25,968 nucleotides of DNA from assembly GCA_016840405.1 (NCBI GenBank), contig JAEOSK010000038.1, positions 1-25,968 of the forward strand, in the 5' to 3' direction. Below are positions 25,499-25,968 of the stretch, piece by piece. The notes under the pieces are model-generated. The model made no database searches. It worked only from the letters and a program-made list of their open reading frames with translations, and was not told the origin of the DNA. The position numbers were made by a program, and so were the translations under genes. Numbering within the stretch: the stretch's first letter is position 1; each line of letters opens with the position of its first letter. The DNA comes from Candidatus Hermodarchaeum yapensis. Its GTDB lineage: Archaea; Asgardarchaeota; Hermodarchaeia; Hermodarchaeales; Hermodarchaeaceae.

Positions 25499-25512
25499 TC
25501 TATAAAGCTTAT
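25499..25512 (-). promoter_or_regulatory. TATA promoter of the PRTase, probably giving a leaderless transcript
   Basis: AAGCTTTATAG about 23 nt upstream of the ATG; no SD. Confidence 0.55.
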
Positions 25513-25627
25513 CGTAAATACTCTCCTAAATGGAGGAGTAGGAGGGAAGGCTTTGGTACTACTATATTTTGATTCGAAGGACTATGTATAAAGGGATAGA
25601 TTTCTAAGATGTTGCTGGCTGGAAATA

Positions 25628-25968
25628 TTGACGAAGAACGCTAATCCCGACGATCCTGAAGAAACACAAGAACATGTGGAGAGTCAGGATGATTCCGATT
25701 TGCGAGAGAAACTGGAAGACATTTCGTCTCGACTCGCTCGGATTGAACGCGTTCTCGCCCGAATTGAGCCTGAGATGGGCGAATTTCAGCAATCAACACG
25801 CCTAATCCGAGAAGGGATGGACTTCTATGGTTCACTCTTTAATATGATGGGTCGTTTTTCAGGACGCCAACGACTGGCGAAACGATTCCCTGAAATCGGA
25901 AAGGATGAAATCGGACGACTCGTTGTCGAAGCCCTTGAACCCGGGAAACCAATGAATGTGAGCCAACT
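25628..25968 (+). CDS. N-terminal part of a coiled-coil + winged-HTH regulator-like protein (truncated)
   Basis: From TTG: MTKNANPDD...LREKLEDISSRLARIERVL...KDEIGRLVVEALEPGKPMNVSQL, open to the window end. Confidence 0.65.
   Translation, partial: MTKNANPDDPEETQEHVESQDDSDLREKLEDISSRLARIERVLARIEPEMGEFQQSTRLIREGMDFYGSLFNMMGRFSGRQRLAKRFPEIGKDEIGRLVVEALEPGKPMNVSQ

Noticed and set aside
25604-25835. Two minus-strand ORFs
   Set aside because: Shadows of the plus-strand wHTH-like gene starting at 25628

Overview
Gene-dense archaeal chromosomal window with TATA/BRE promoters and GGAGGTGA-type Shine-Dalgarno (SD) sites. It most likely comes from an Asgard archaeon; this is inferred from a longin/DENN-like eukaryotic-signature protein. 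In order it contains: a truncated gene with a phased-repeat promoter; a longin + DENN (folliculin-like) protein; an M42 aminopeptidase; an FMN-binding split-barrel protein; a GH35/GH42-type glycosidase coupled to an orphan; a membrane-anchored caspase-fold protease; an ARPP-1/DUF6569 protein; a 2-TM Pro-rich protein; a GH38 alpha-mannosidase; a membrane-anchored two-HKD phospholipase D; a stand-alone C4HC3 (PHD/RING-variant) microprotein; a BMP-type nucleoside ABC operon with a structured 5' leader; a metallophosphoesterase; an IS200/IS605 (IS1341-type) tnpB broken by two in-frame TAG codons; a DUF362 Fe-S protein; a purine-type PRTase; and a truncated wHTH regulator. The most notable items are the longin-DENN protein, the PHD/RING-like finger, the riboswitch-like leader, apparent ATA/ATC start codons, and the caspase-fold protein with GPI8-like topology. 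All family calls come from motif recognition by eye; no database searches were run.
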